From: Bugula neritina
Lineage: Eukaryota; Animalia; Bryozoa
Length of the DNA: 64,000 bases
Reading direction: 5' to 3'
Assembly (NCBI GenBank): GCA_964035545.1
Contig: OZ037769.1
Location: 8,661,929 to 8,725,928, forward strand
The notes below the pieces were generated by a model. That model ran no database searches. It saw only the letters and a program-made list of their open reading frames with translations, and had not been told where the DNA came from. The position numbers and the translations under genes are program-made. Shown here piece by piece: positions 14,902 through 30,896 of this stretch. Numbering within the stretch: the stretch's first letter is position 1; the number at the start of each line of letters is the position of its first letter.

Positions 14902-16244
14902 CTACAGGCAGAAGCAAATGTGTTTAAAATAAATTCTGTACCAGCCAGTGGTAGAATATTCAACCAGAAATATTTTAATGCATATATTTCTAAACGATAT
15001 TTACACAATTAGAAAATTGGTGAAATACTCTCCACCTGAATGAAACCTATTCTAATCACTATTTCCTTTGTGGTACTGAGGACTGCAAGTTAATGAATCA
15101 GCAATCAGGTCGAGTTAAACTGATTAAATCATCCCAGGATTTATTGCCTACTCATCATTTGCAATGGGTAGACCATTTAATAAAAATTTCTTTGGAAATA
15201 GTCTATTAGAAATTCCTCAGTTATGGGTTTTAAGTAATTTATGCTTTACCTGATTTTGAATCACAATTATTAGCCTTCATTTTTATTAAAAATTAATGAA
15301 ATTTTACTCAATTAAACATCTGCATGAAGGATGTGCCAGTACTGAGTTCACCATAATTTCAGTCAAGTCTACTGGTTAGGAAAGACTGCACCCTGATTGG
15401 CTACTGCATGATACAATTCTCCAACATCGATAATTCCTGATAATTAGATCTTAGTGTGAAAATATCTATTGGTTTATCCTATCTTCCATATTCACACACC
15501 ATCTAGTTGATTTGATAGTACTTGTACATACTACATTCACAACAGTGCAGATTCAGTTCTAGCAGAGATGATGAAATGAATGCATTTTGAAGGAAGGGCA
15601 AAGTTTAAAGACCAACATACATACAGTTTCTGTAATTTTTATTGTAGTATGAATGAAGCATACCATTTATCAATAATAGTATTAGTTTACATGTAGTCAT
15701 CATTTTTATCAGACATTGCAAAATATGTGAACAGTTCTAATATGCAAAGTGCAAACAATGTGGAGCAAAATATGTTTACTTTCTTTGGGCGTCTTCACAG
15801 TTTCAGCTGGGCACAATTTACACATTTTTTCGTTTTCTTGTTTTAATTTTGTTGTTTGTATTTCCTCTAGTTAATATTAAGAGGTTGATCAATCAACTTG
15901 CAGTATCTACTTACTAGTTTCTATAGAATAACTTACCCCAAGTTTGGTGTTACTCAGCACATTTCTAGCAGCCTGTTTCAGCCAGCTTATAGGACCACTT
16001 GTAGCCATCTTATCACAAACTGTTGCTCTTCCCACTTTCAATTAACAGTCATTTTCTAAAAATAAGTTTACGAAACTGATGAATAGGAAACTCTACTCAT
16101 GTAAAACTGATTAAATGGTGTTGGGAAATTTAATATTACAGCCTTAAGGTAATGCAACTCTATCTGTTTCCTTAATTACTAACCAAAGTACTAGCTGTCT
16201 GTTGACGTAATAGTAGCTGTGGCCTGTGCGCAGTTGAAGTTTAA

Positions 16245-16801
16245 AGAATCCCTGACACACTTCACCTATGCAATACTGAAATATTCTTATATATGTCAGT
16301 TTTCATTTGCATACTGCTTTAAGGTTGGACGCCTAAACAATTTTGTTTTATAATAAATTTTGTTCGAGTATGGCCTGAAATGATTTGGGATTTCTGATCG
16401 CTTGGAAATGAATTTTTCAGTCTGCTAAAAACTTTACTAATTATAGCTAACTTTCATTGCATGTTATTGTTGGCTGCTGCACTGCACAGTCTAATTACTG
16501 ATATGGCTTGAAAGTTTAAACTTTAAACTTTCAAGCCATCTCAGTGATTAGACTGTGCAGTGTAGCAGCTAACAATAGCATGCAATGAAAGTTAGCTATA
16601 ATTAGTAAAGTTTTTAGCAGACTGAAAAATTCATTTCCAAGCGATCAGAAATCCCAAATCATTTCAGGCCATACTCGAACAAAATTTATTATAAAACAAA
16701 ATTGTTTAGGCGTCCAACCTTAAAGCAGTATGCAAATGAAAACTGACATATAGGTATAAGAATATTTTAGTACTGCATAAGTGAAGTGGGTCAGGGATTC
16801 T
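16245..16801. mobile_element. Non-autonomous foldback DNA element (Kolobok-like AG...CT termini, TTAA TSD); a near-perfect palindrome
   Basis: ttaa (16241-44)|agaatccctgac ... gtcagggattct|ttaa (16802-05); ~276-bp arms meet at a 1-nt loop (16521). Confidence 0.85.
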
Positions 16802-19800
16802 TTAAACAATATGAAAGTTATAGACACAAGTAAAGCTAACTGGAATACTTGCTGACTCAAGCACTTGAAATTCCTTGACTCAATTTGATCTACGTAGTTT
16901 AGCAAGTGACAAACACTCCACTGTTCTTTTTGCATAAATAAAATGGTGCAAGCAAGAAATTATTTCTGCTAAAAATATCACTTTCAATTTGTTTTTATTA
17001 CTTTTATTTTGATGTGGTAGTCAGCTTTAATAACACTTATGCATATTGTTTACAGAAACATCCAAATGTATAGAGAGGCTTTATTTAAATTTAAATTGAC
17101 AAGAGTCCACTCAGCTAAGTCATTGACTTACTGCATCACTTGGATAACTTTGCACTTTTTAGATTTTTGCTAGAAATAGTAGATACTTATTTAATCAAAT
17201 CATGAACAACTAATCACTACTCAGGTGGGGGGGGGGGCATAGGCAGCAGATGGTGGAAAGGAAGACAACTCCATAGCTATTAAAGAAGCCAATTTGAACT
17301 GATAATTTGAAACTGTCAAACTAAAAAAAAAATTCTGATTAGAACTTTCAAATGCAAGAAAGACACCATATTCCCTCATTACAATGTTACATGTTTTAAG
17401 TTTAGCTATACAGCCTTATCCAGTCAGTGGCATTGCATGTTAGCAATATTATTATGGTGATGAGATGGAAATCAGTCTTGGCATGTCTGCTATATTTAAT
17501 AGAATATCAATATAGTACATTATGCCTTAGGTCTTTGCTAATAGTGAATGAACCAATCAATAAACTCTTAAATTAGTGACTAGTGATAGTGTTATCACTA
17601 TTCACTAGTGACTAGTCTATAAACATAATCTGCACATCTGGCCTCTAAGCCTATGATCCCTGAACAGATATATTAACAAAAGGAGAAGCCCTAATCCTGC
17701 ATACATTTGCATACTGTTTTTTAAAATATGATATATGTTTGTGCTTTTTAATCAGCAACTAAAAGAACTATATAAGTATCTTTGTTTTTATTAAATAATT
17801 TTCTTAGTATTTTCTCGTTTCACTTATAGTATTTGCAGACAAATAATAATAAAGTCAGCGTAGAAATGTAATGGCGTAGTAACAATATTCTCCTGTCCTG
17901 TTAGTAGCAGTGCAGAGTTGCCAATTTTCGTCCATCCGTTACACCCACACATTATATATTTGCATAATTGCTTGCTGGCGCATGTGTTCAGTGTTATGTT
18001 TTTGTAAGAATTATTTCAACCAACCCTTTCCTAAGCTTTACCAATATTTTTCCCACTAAGACTGATTTCTTAAAAGTTTACTTTTCAATTTACTACTCTA
18101 CAATATAGTCCACTGCGTTACTGTTGTCAAATTAGGATGACTTACTGAAAGAGTTTGTAACTAGCTATAAGGGTAACACCCTTCTGAAATATACTAGTAC
18201 ACACTATAACACTCCTTGATCTTTATGTGTATGGCTAGTGGAATATGTGTATGCATGTTACACTAGCCAAACCTTCACCTATCAGTATGAAAACTATTAT
18301 GGTGGTAACAACACAAGAGATGTACAAAGCAAAGTGACGTCCTGCTGTGACATCAATAGATACTGTAACAGACAACCCAACTCGCAAACTTACACTTGAA
18401 GAGCCCAGTCTATTTATCGAATGATCTCACCACAGCTGCGTATAACATTGACAAGAAGTGAATAATCTACTGGTAGATGGTGATACACTGCAGTGTACTC
18501 ACGACAGTAGAAAGTGTCAAAATAGTAAGGCTGTAGTGCTGTTGCTGCTGATCACTGTTTCTCCAGTGTGTATTGCAATTATTGATTGAGTTTAGGAGTG
18601 AGATATACCCTTGTGGATATTCATTATGCTCATTAGATTACAGCCTCCCACAAATAATCTTTAAAATGTAACTAAATTAATCAATTCAGCAACACCTGTA
18701 CACTAGTGGCCTCACACCTGCATCACATACCTGTGCATCACAACACAGCCATAGCTGCTCAATCTAATCACTAGGATACCATCAGCTGACAAGATAGCAG
18801 TGCTATGCTATATGTCTATAGCTTGTAGCATCATAAAACCTGTGTGCTCTTAGAAAAGTCAGCTATTGTATAACAGATATTCTAGATTCTCTTAGCCTAC
18901 AGTGCAACACTTTATGTTTGATTTGACTTTTTATTTGTTTGGCTTTCTGGACCTCAGACAATTTTACAAAAATAGAACTGCACCCAATTGAGGTCAGTGC
19001 AGGGTCTCTAATTTTTAGTATAGCCAAAGTTTAGCAATAATTTGTACCACAAGAAGTTGTCTATTTAGAACTAAGAAAATTATACTTCTATAATTCCAAA
19101 CTTCAAACCAAACATAAAAATCTAAAGATAAAAACAAAAATCTACACACACTCTAGCCAAAAGTTGCATATGAGCAGCATTGCTGTTGATTGTGCCACAC
19201 TCTTGGATGCCACATTTAGACTAGGAACTTAACCTTTGATAGGGACAACCACCCAGTACTACTTTGAAAGGTCAACGTTAAACAGCGAATTTCCTAGATG
19301 TATAGTTTTCAGGTTGAATTTACAAGCCCTTCTATAATCTGTCTTAACATAACAAATCCTGGACATTTAATGGCAGATATGGAGAGTGGTCTAGGGGTTA
19401 CAGCGTGAACCCTTTTCATCAGGGGTTTTCTTACAGGAATGGTGACTATAAACTTGCATGACTTTTATGGAGAGTGAATACTTGCAAGACTTTAGACTAA
19501 GTCATTTTAGTTTTAAACATATTTTATGGGAGAGATGTTTCAGACAATAAAAAACCTAGTGACAACCAAAAAATTGGAGTACCATGAGTTTAGTTGTATC
19601 TTGAATAAGAAACAGCTGACTTTGTTTGATATCAAGATGTGAATTTGAGCTTAGCCTATATTTCTAATTTTTAGTTTAGTTTTTGAGGCTGCTTTAGTTC
19701 TCATACTGCTAATTGCATGGCAAGGCTATAATAAAATCCAAAAACTTGACAACAATATACCTAGCTCATTCATATTGAAAGTTTGGCTTTGACTATTTGG

Positions 19801-22800
19801 TGTAGAGTTGTAAGTCTTTATTAAAACTGCACGACTGTAATCGGTGCCTCAGTCTCAGTAGGGTATCGCCACTTAGAATCTCGGCACTGAATGGTAACAC
19901 AAAGTTTGCACAGAATAATCCTAGTCTCACAGTTGTTGCAACAGTCAATATGGCTTTACCTATTTTTAATTAGTGTTTCATTTATAAATTCTAATTTGGA
20001 GTTTGACCTTATTTTATTTTACAGACAGGTAACTTCTCATGCTACAAATGTCAATTAGGAGCAGTGGTGGAGAAGTTGAGATAGTTCAAGTTTTTCAAAT
20101 TTCTTTATAAACTTTGGTTTGGGGCACGGGATGAACTTCTTGCAAGAACATAAATTTTTTGCCACATCTTTAATCTAGAACACAGGCTTTTACCAATTTC
20201 TCCGTTACTGCACCTACTTCTAACATTATAAAACCTGTTATTTTGAGCCTGTTTAATATAGGTTGGAAAAATTAGCTTGTCTTGGCATTATAGTTCAAGA
20301 TTTTTAAGGATGTGTTGATCAGAGAACGTTACCTGCGCACTACATAATGAAGTTGAACTTAAAACCAAACTGCTCATCACAGCATTAGAACTGTAGTTCA
20401 ACAAATCCTTGACTGTAAGTAAAGCTCCTTTTTAGAACTTATCATCAGTCATAGATTAATCAACATAATATTTTGAGTGCAAATGGCAAGTCCCATTGAT
20501 GCATTCAGCTATCAATTGAACTTTGAGATTTTGTAGTGTTCTGTAAAATCTTTATAACAAGAATTTCAAGAGGTACTTGAGCTAGTTTGATTTCACACTA
20601 GAGCCATGCATCAAAGAATTAGGGTATGTACAGGTTGTAGAATGTAGGCTACAAGAGTGCTTCTAGTGTAGATTACAGCATTATACACTGCAGCTTGTTC
20701 CATGAAGTTAAACCACCAAGGTACTAACAGAATCAATGCAAATGAAAGTTAGATTTCTCGGAGCATTTAGTTGCCGTAGTGGAGAAGCTTTTATAGCCCA
20801 AGTTTGAGAAGTCAGATTGTAAATCTGTTCTAGCATAAATTCGTGGTCAAATATATTCTAGTGAACTGATTTTGAATACGTAGCAAATGATCTTGACTTT
20901 GTAACTTAGTGTAAGTTTTGGTGCTATAATTAATTAATATAATTAATTATGGTCAAGTTATGATGTAATTCGGAGTGCTATCTTCCAGCAATAACTAGTA
21001 GTACACCAATATACCAGTGAAATCTATATTATCATTATGTCAATCACTAATGTAAGACTCAGTTCGATATCCCTAGACTAATCGATAATAGTTAATACGT
21101 TTAACCTACTATAGCTACAGTAATAGTTCAGCTAATTTCAAATGCAAATTATCTTTTCAATTTGAAATAACTGGAAAATGAATATCAAAATTATAATTAT
21201 GAGTTTACAACTAATTACAAGATTAAATTCTAACAGAATTAAATAAACTCACCAGTAAACCAGTGCATCTATGTACTAACTACACATCAGGCATCAGCAT
21301 TCTAAGCCACGCATTAGCAAAGAAGATGTAGTTACTACAATATTGTACTAACAATGTTTGTGTAGCTGTCCAAGTTTGAAAATATCCTTGTGAAAGATTC
21401 ACTGCAGCATATTCCACTCACACAGCTCAGTTACTCTCCTAACTATTGAGTATATTGTAGGTATACTAGCAGCTGGTACTTGGCCGAGAGTAGAGCTATA
21501 CTGATTGGCTGGTGACGCAGATTATACTAGCATAATGTGACATACTACATAATTAATATAGTAATAAATATTATACTGTCTAAACTGACAACATATATTA
21601 TATATTGATGCCCTTGAGCTGTACTTACAGTTTTAAGCAGTGATAGAAGTCGGTGCATCAAATATATCTGCAGTTTGACACTTTCCTGTACTTTCCTTGT
21701 GTGATGCTGGTGTCCCACAGATCATATCAAAGTATTAATCATGAAGACTTTCAATACAAGGAAAAAGCAAGTATACTATCACATTAACTAATCACATCTA
21801 TCTACTAGAAATTAATTAGCTGCGTACATTGACATTTACGGAAAAAAACTTGATTAAGGAGCCTTGCTTAATCTCTAATGAGAACGTTGAAGAGACCTGC
21901 CATCTAATTGGCTTATATCTGAGGTTCAGGCCAATAGAGGACAAACTATAATCCATGCAGTTGAGTTTCATTTATAGTTCAGTGTGTATAAGTCTATAGT
22001 TTAACATAGCAGATACGTTCCTTTATGCTCTTTAGTATAGTGGGTGGTAAGCCTTCAGGGGTGGAGTAACTGGATTATATGCAACTGTTTCAACTGTGTA
22101 TATTTTACTATAATGGTTGTGTGTCAATTCACGTGTCCAACAATGATGATGGTACAGGCGTATTTCTGAGTGGAGGAGCCATTTATAGATGTTGACCCTC
22201 TTCCATGGCACAAAACAACAGATGGATGTTTGTGAATAGAAAATAATTATGAGTAATCAGTTAGCAAAAATGTGTTATTTAGATCCGCTTCTAGAAGGAA
22301 GTTGCTGTTCATAAATAAAGTAAGTCTATAAAAAGTCTTGATCAATCTTTGCACTCAAATAAATTAAATTTCATTTTGATGTCACCATTTTAGTATGTAA
22401 ATCTGAGATTACAAATTCACTGTTCCAGATTAGAATTTCCTGTTTTTAAGCTTTATAGATACATGTAGCGTATACTTATTGTAGTTGTTTTATAATCCGT
22501 TTTAAAAGTCGCATATAGCTTACCCAATGTAAATAATGTTTGTACGGTATTGTTGCTGAGTCATTTATTAATTTAGACTAATGATTTTAGATAATTATTA
22601 TTTTACTTTTGATTGTGTCAATCAACAATCATGCTAATGCTGCACCAGATATAATTTAGTATTGATGCTTTAGTCAATTGTATAGTAGCAGCAATTTAGG
22701 TGCGACAGCTATATCTACATTAAAAATTTCGGTTGCAATTTCTATGATTCCAATTAGTTTTATTCATTTCATAACTTCTGCATTAATGGCTCACACAGGC

Positions 22801-24420
22801 CTGAGGTCTCCTGTTCACAGTGTTTCTGCTTTGTCTGTTGTAAAGGTTATTCGTCAGTATATTTATTTTCATTTGGCATTTAAACCTACTAGCAGCATTT
22901 GAGTTTCCTTGGATAAGTTTGCTTGTTGTTGTATGCATATTTCTTTTAAGATTTTTTAAGCTAATTTGAATTTTTTTCTCAACTACACAAAAAACTTCTG
23001 TTCCAATATGCCAAGATTTGTGAGTTGACACTTCCACTGTTGCACTCTTTCTAACTACTTGTACGTCTCTTAGAAACTCTTTGCATTATAGTGAACCAAT
23101 GACCATTTGTACCTTCCTCTTCACCACTCTAGACATCAAAACGGCAGCAGTGGCAGCAGCACTCATATCTACCAGCTACCTGTAACTATAAATAGTTCAC
23201 CTGTAAGTGACGGACATAAATAGGTAGATCATAGATAAAGGATGAAATAGGCTCTGTATTGAGTTGTGTGACAATCAGCTGTACACAAACTGCTTAACTT
23301 AACATTCCTTATGGTCATTCTTAGCATTTTAAGCTATAGTGAATAAAGTGCCATTACATGATGTAGCTATATCTTTTCTGCTTGGTAATAAAATGGCCTA
23401 CCTTTATCTGTTGCTATAAGTTTTACGGTTTAAAGCTGTTCTATCAGATATGAATGAGGTGATTTGTTAAAGGATCTGTAATAATCTTGCGAAATTGCAC
23501 ACTTTTAAGTTAAATTGAAAAACAACAGATTACTGTCAAATGGTTGCATTGTATTGTGTTTGACTGCTTTTGTACAATTTATAAAGCTGTATATTTAAGC
23601 ATTAAACTTTCTAGCCAGTATTGCAACTTTTTATGGTATATAGAATATAGATGATTTATTTTTAGTATAAATATAAATTATAGGAAATATAAAATAACTA
23701 CAAAAACTTAATTGATAGTAAAATAATTGTAATAATAGCTAAAAATGTTATCCTAAAGATATGCATCACATAAAACATAAATACATGGTTATAGTATATG
23801 TATATAAAACTATTTTAGATTATAATTATACAAAATGTTGCACTTTGCAGTATGTACATGATTTATTTTCTTTATTGATTAAAGATATACGTAATAATTC
23901 CTATAATAGGAAATGCGCATTTGCAAAGAATATTCCCAATTATATACAACTGATATTTACAATAACTTAGAGCATATTCACGTGTAGGTCAGGAGTTGTG
24001 TTTTCTCAAGATTTTGCATGTGTAATTAAGAGTTGTCCTCTTTCAAAACATCTGCAGAGTAGCTGATTTATAGTTTACACACATCATAGCTGACACACAA
24101 AGTTGAAAAATAGCACATATCCAGTGACTCACACTGTTCCGTGACTTGCATCATTTGAAACTTTGTTTGAAGTAGTTTAGAAATGCTTGATATATAGTCA
24201 ATAATGTAATGTTTGAAAATATTGATGCTGAGATACAATGGTGAATGGTCTGGTAGAGTATCTTATTTGCTGATGGTGACATTAACACGTGGAATTACCA
24301 ATAATAACATTTTCTAATCAAATTTTATTGTAGTTTCTACTTTATCATATATACACACTATGCTCTGTCCCTATAAATTAAGAGCTCTTTTAAGTGGTAA
24401 ACTATAATACTCAGATATAA

Positions 24421-24813
<393 letters not shown>

Positions 24814-25369
24814 GAATGTTGCTGTAGACTTTTGAGTAGGTTTGACAGCAAGACTCAATTGCTGTGGCTATGAAATTGCTTATAAAAGTCTACCTTTTAT
24901 CAGGTTTTGTGGTATTACATCTTTATTAATGAATTTGAGCAAATTACATCCTTCAAAACACGTATTAGCACATGCAAACTGTTATAGCAGGTTTGTAGTA
25001 TACTCAATATAATAAAATTTTATGTGCCCGATGGCCATAGCAGAGAAGATAACTCTGTAATGATATTAGTTTTTGCCCGCCAGCCATAATTTTCGAGGGT
25101 TCATTAGCCTAAAACAGTATCATTATTAGCTATATCATTTCTATTACAAGATGAACAACATAATATAATACATCATAGAACAATGTTACAATGCATCATA
25201 TTTAGATAATGTTCATGTATTATATTCTTATTGTAATGTATAAATTAAACCAATGCAGGTGTATATAATAGACATGCCTCCAGGCTCCAACTACATATTC
25301 ATTTAGAGTTCAGACTACATGTACATTTTATAGCTTAAATATATTTATTGTTCTATCATCTTATACAAG

Positions 25370-25585
25370 GGAGCAGCCGTGCTCTAGGAGAACTAGAGTG
25401 TTGCCTTATTAAACACCAAGTCATGGGTTCAAACACCAGTGAAGGCTTTTGCTGATGTTTGGAAGAGCATCCAGTCATAACTGCTCCTGTGCTACATATG
25501 AATTAGGTTTTAGCCTGCTTTAAAAACTCTTTGCCATTAGGGGTTCTTACAGGGATAGTGACTATAAACTTGTGTGAGTTTTTTA
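25370..25585 (+). mobile_element. Possible tRNA-derived SINE; related 3' part at about 19420-19470
   Basis: B-box-like ggttcaaacac near 25426; ttcttacagg..gtgactataaacttg shared with 19427-19456. Confidence 0.4.
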
Positions 25586-26557
25586 TTGTTCTATTCACTG
25601 CCAGTCCTCTATGAAAATATTTTGCCCCTGTGATTCATTTTAAGTCATCTATAAGCCTTTCTGTTTATCAACACATTTGCTTGCAACACTTTGCATGCAG
25701 CATCGCATACTCAAAGTTATAGAAAATAATTATGCGATGCATGCAAGAGAAAATATGTTCATGCACGTTTCCACGTAACGTAGGATTACTCATAGAACAT
25801 AACTACATTTCAACTTTAAACTGCAAAAATGTTTCTAATCTTTACTAGTTGAAAAGTATTTCAATGCCATCCCTACTTAGAATATATCAACTGGTATTCT
25901 TTGAAAATGCTAACCATTAATAATTAACAATGTTTTATTTGTGCCAATAGCAGGGCCTGGAATTTATTTGAAGCTTGAAGCCACAAATACATTTAAAAAC
26001 CACTAAAACTTAATGCTAGATAATGAAGCAATGAAAAAATTAGACAACCCTGTGTTCTGAACTAAAAGCCTAGCAAAAGAAGTTGTGCTCATTTTAGAGT
26101 TTTAGCCCCCACCCCATGCTAGTCAAAATTCATAAAGATAATCAAAGAACTTAAACTATTGAAATTTCCTTGTTATTGCATCAAGAAGCCTTGGCATGTT
26201 TCAATGTTTTGTTATACCTATACCTGTTCATTTGATTTCAGGCCAAACAGCTCAAAGTTTTTAAATACAAAATCATATTATGGTAAACATTTTAAATGAT
26301 AAATTAAAGCTCAGATATTATAAATCATTATAGTATAGTTTTTACTGTATGAGTCTATATGTGCATGCTTGTGCCAAGGATGTTATGTAAGCATTTGTAG
26401 GAAGAGTATGTATAATATTTAGAAGCTTATATTGTAGGTACTGCAGCTAATAATAATTATATTTAGGACCTCACCTTTTGAAATTATTTACTCGGTCTTC
26501 CTGCTAATTATAAGTGTTGTGCCTTCAATGTTGAGTAATTGTCTGACTTTCACTCAC

Positions 26558-27384
26558 AGAATGTGAATTCTGGCGAGAACATCTGCATTGCACATCTGCA
26601 GTTGAAGATTCTTTTGCAATTACCGATGAACTACTTGAGGATCTAGACCTTTGGGTATTGGCAGCTGAGCAAACTCTATATCTTCTCTTTCTTACTAATT
26701 CAGTTTCGTTGTGCACTTTGACACCATTTATTTGATTTTCAGCAGTACCATTCAATTTGAAGTCTATGGTTGTTTTCTTTGCCTTAACCATGGTTAAGTC
26801 AGCACCAACTGAGTGTTGATGCAACAGTGAATCAGCACTGCATAATTTTTGTTGATGGCAAATTTCTAACTGTGTTCCAGTTATAGCTGTTAAAGATTCT
26901 ACAGAATCTACCAAGGAGCTGTTGATGGGATGGTCTTTGAGCGTATGTTGTGTACTCAACCAGTCAGACTTTACATGGTTTAAACTTATTCCATTTTCTT
27001 TGCTTGTTTTTTCTTTACACATGTCAGCATCAGTGATATTTATACCAGTGTCAAAGTTACATTTAGAATCAATGAGCTTCGAACTGGCAGAGTTCATCAA
27101 CTTTATATCTGTAATCTGGGAAAAGGAGCCTTCTGTTCCATAGTCAGTGTTGCCGACATTTGTTTCTTGACTTGTCTCTTCACTCTCCACAGAAACATCT
27201 TTGGCTTCTGTAAAGACCTCTTCTGGACAATCACTTGCACTACATTGAGGATTAGGAAATGTAAACTGTGGTACACGGCAGTTGAGTCTAATCGGTGAAA
27301 TTTCCCCCTCGGAAGAGTCATCAGTGATGTCACGGGACGCGAGTGACTCAGCGGACAGCTGCGGGGTGAACCTCCTCTCTGAAC
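26558..27384 (-). CDS. Large S/T/E-rich internal exon of the ITPRID/SSFA2-like gene
   Basis: tttgcag|GT acceptor (phase 1, matches the previous exon); ORF 26525-27397; TCT|gtgagt donor at 26558. Confidence 0.75.
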
Positions 27385-28385
27385 CTGCAAACAGCATGAT
27401 ACTAGCAAGTTGAACCGTGATTTAATACAAACACTGACAAACTGTGTGATATTCTGGGTCTTTTTCCAGAAAATGTTGGCGGATGTTTCATGTACCTCAG
27501 ACTAATAAACTGCCTATAGTTGTAAAGTTGTTAAATGGACTACAGAGATTTTACTTTTAGCTATATTTTATGCATGGTTTATTTATGGGAATTAACAGGA
27601 TGTGTTTAACAATATCTATATTGCTAATGATCATTGAATCTATTTTAAAAAAAAGTTTACTATATTGGTGACTTTGTTCAAAGTTGGTTATATTTACTCC
27701 TTTACAATAAAAATATAGATTTGCTCCAACATTTTTAATAGATTTCACTTCGTGCAAACATTTAAGTTTTCAGTTTATCTGTTCGAATTTATTGAAAATC
27801 TATTAAGGCAACTAGAATTTGTTTTTTTTCTCTCGTGTGAAATCAGCACAACTAAATCTATAATTACTAAAAACTAAATTTATTGAATCAATATACGCTT
27901 ATAGTAAACGTCCTGATATATAACAATTTGGCCGATCACCATAGAAACCATAACACTATTAATATCCAATTTATTATAAACATAAATCACTGTTATAAAG
28001 GCAATTTTTTAACAAAGTAAAACATGAAGACTAGAGCAAAATGCAGAAGGTGTGAAGCTCATATTGGTATCTCAGCCAAGCCCACCATCCAGATTAGTTC
28101 CTTGACTTAGCAATGGCATTACAATTACTCTGCTAATTTGTAACAAGTTTTTCCGCTCTAACTTACTATCAGCCATTACTTCACAAAACTTAGCGTGTGA
28201 GAAGCATTATTTATTATAATGTATAGATAACATATATCAAATACAAGGTAAAAGTTAAACTTGCTTAGCTCATTGGTCTTTGTAAGCAGTTTTCAAAACA
28301 GCTTCTTTAATAGGAGTTATCACTCCACGTTGTAGCATATACTAGAGTAGGTACTGCAAGAGTTGAACAAATAGTAAATACTTAC

Positions 28386-28625
28386 TAGCCTCTGTTTCTT
28401 CAATAGCTGATAACGTGTGTGCCCAGAGGCTAGATATAGGTTTACTTGTAGCTGGACTCGGCGGAGGTGTATAAGCTAGAGATGACATCCAGGCTTCTAG
28501 GAGAGTGTTTGATGAGACTTTCTTAGAAGACAGAATAGCTGCAAGCTCTCTGTGTAAAGAGGTGCAATGTGCAGACACACCGTTGTCATGGTAACAGCTT
28601 GGAAGACGATGTAACATCCTGTTTA
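28386..28625 (-). CDS. Internal exon of the ITPRID/SSFA2-like gene
   Basis: ttagcag acceptor (phase 1), A|gtaagt donor, 240 nt open (ORF 28342-28656). Confidence 0.7.
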
Positions 28626-30896
28626 CTGCTAAGTTGAAAATATTATGACAAAGCATAATGTAAATTAAATTTGCAAGGGTGTAACTTTTAATTAGGTTGT
28701 GTGTAAAAGTATAAATAGAGGTGATGTATTACAAAAACCTGTGTAAAAAGCTGATAGCAAAATCTATAATAGATATATCATATCTTGATACAAGATTACA
28801 TAGCCATGTGTAGCAATTAATAAGTAGAGTCAAATGACTGTAAGCTTAAGTAGATCACTCATCAGTTACTGTATAGCTCTCTTATATTGTTCAACTTATT
28901 GGCATGTTGACTACAAACTTAGCTTATCATATCTGGAAGACTCCACGACAAACTGCTGAAAATATCTTGAAACTTTCACAAATGAATACTCCACTACTCA
29001 AACTCAAAAAATTAATGTTCATCACTAGCTATTTCACCTGAATAACTCTATTCCAATTATACAAGGATGTCACTATCCCAGGATATTCGTTTTGGTGACA
29101 TCATTAGACTAATTAAGATACTATTTGTCTTTTATTGCTTATACTAAGTGTTTAATTATTTTATTTTATTTTACCAATTATCAACTTGATAATAGTTTTA
29201 GTTATTATTTGTTAGCATTTTCAGGGAAACATTCAATTATGCATTGTTCAATATCTCAATTTTAAGTTTACCTGGTTTTGCCTGCACCTATAAGCTGACA
29301 TAATCACTAGTTTAAAAGCAGAACAACTTCTTTCTAAGGTTTCAGATATCAGATCTCAGAGAATAGTTGTGCTGTTTATTTATAAGTCACTGACAGCCTC
29401 AGTACTGGAGAGTCACTTGAACCAATTTAATTAGCATTTAAATTATTTTGTACTAGTAAACATATTTACTGTTAGTATTTGTTTAGCCAACTGGCAGGCT
29501 GCCACTCCAATATACTATGATTGTTTTATTGCTGATTACTACACTTTACATAGCAATAACATAGTGGCCTAAATGATACAATGTGCATCAGAACGTAGCT
29601 AGTGTTTGAGGGCCTTAATAATGCAATGTATACCAGAAAGGTAGTGTTAAGCAAAGTAGACCCTATGAGGTGTGCAAGTTAGCTACAACTAGTAAGAATG
29701 AATCATATGTTGGCTATTGCTCATCAGCAGAGAATGTATCATTGTTTAAAAAAGCATTATTACGGATTCCTGATCCAACAAGTCTTAAATGGGATGACAG
29801 CTTCATAGCACAGTCACATCCCACAATGCTTTGCAGTTTTGTATGACCCACTTTATCCATGTTAGGCAAAGTCTTTCTCATGAGTTAGAACGAAAAATAA
29901 AAACGAAAAACAGATATTTTATTTTCAATTGTTTTTAAGCCAGTATTTCACTAAATTGGTACAATTTCAAAAGTTATCCTGCAGTTGATTTTCACAGCAG
30001 TACAAATGCACGCATCTTATTACATACAAACATTGTTAACATGTCACAGGCTCTTAAGCACTGTACGAAGTGCCAAATAGGTAGAAATTCACCCATTATT
30101 ATGTATGAGGCACGAAAATACATGATGAGGATGTGAGACTGAATAATGAGCATAAAATAATGAGGGAAAAGTATAGTAGGATATGAATTAATAACAGTAT
30201 AAGACCGAATAGTAAATTTAGGAGCATGAATAACTGCAAATTGTGGTATGAAAGCTTTCTATAAATATATATGAGATTAAGTAAAGAGTAAATTTTGGAC
30301 CATTTAGAGCTCCATTTAACTGGGAAACACTATCCCTTTCGAAAATGTCATTGTGAAAATCTACACTTTAAAAATGGACTACTAAATGTTATGCAGTTTC
30401 AGATTATTAATGTAACTACACTGAAAGCTATATGACTGATTGCATGTGTTGTTTGTTGCAGTCTGCAAGTCTATATACTATATTATGAATTTATACACTT
30501 TCTTACAGGCTGCTGAGAAGCTAACATCAAACGCTTGTTTCCCTACCAGCATAATACGATTTTATGTATCTTTTGGTGTGTAGTCAATGTAGTTAAATGG
30601 CGTGTAACTATATGTACACACAGATATTTGTGTAAGCAGATGAAGATACAGCAAGATAGCAAACACTAACTTTCACAGCTCTAAAACTTTAGACATTAAA
30701 GCTTTTAGTGGTCTGAAATCACCAGAGTGAAAGGAATGAGTTGGCCAAAACCGCATTCTTTCTGAGACATTATAAAGCATTGCCAATCTTCTAACTTGCA
30801 AAAGAAAACTATTCCAAACACAAATATTGCTTTATGGGTTTGCTATCAAGTAACTCTAAGTTGATATAAACATAGCCTCTTAAGCCTAAGACTTAC

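Noticed and set aside
19000-23200. Further host exons or a LINE copy
   Set aside because: Faint RT-like and splice-like signals, but no phase-consistent open exon or clear motif could be built by eye.
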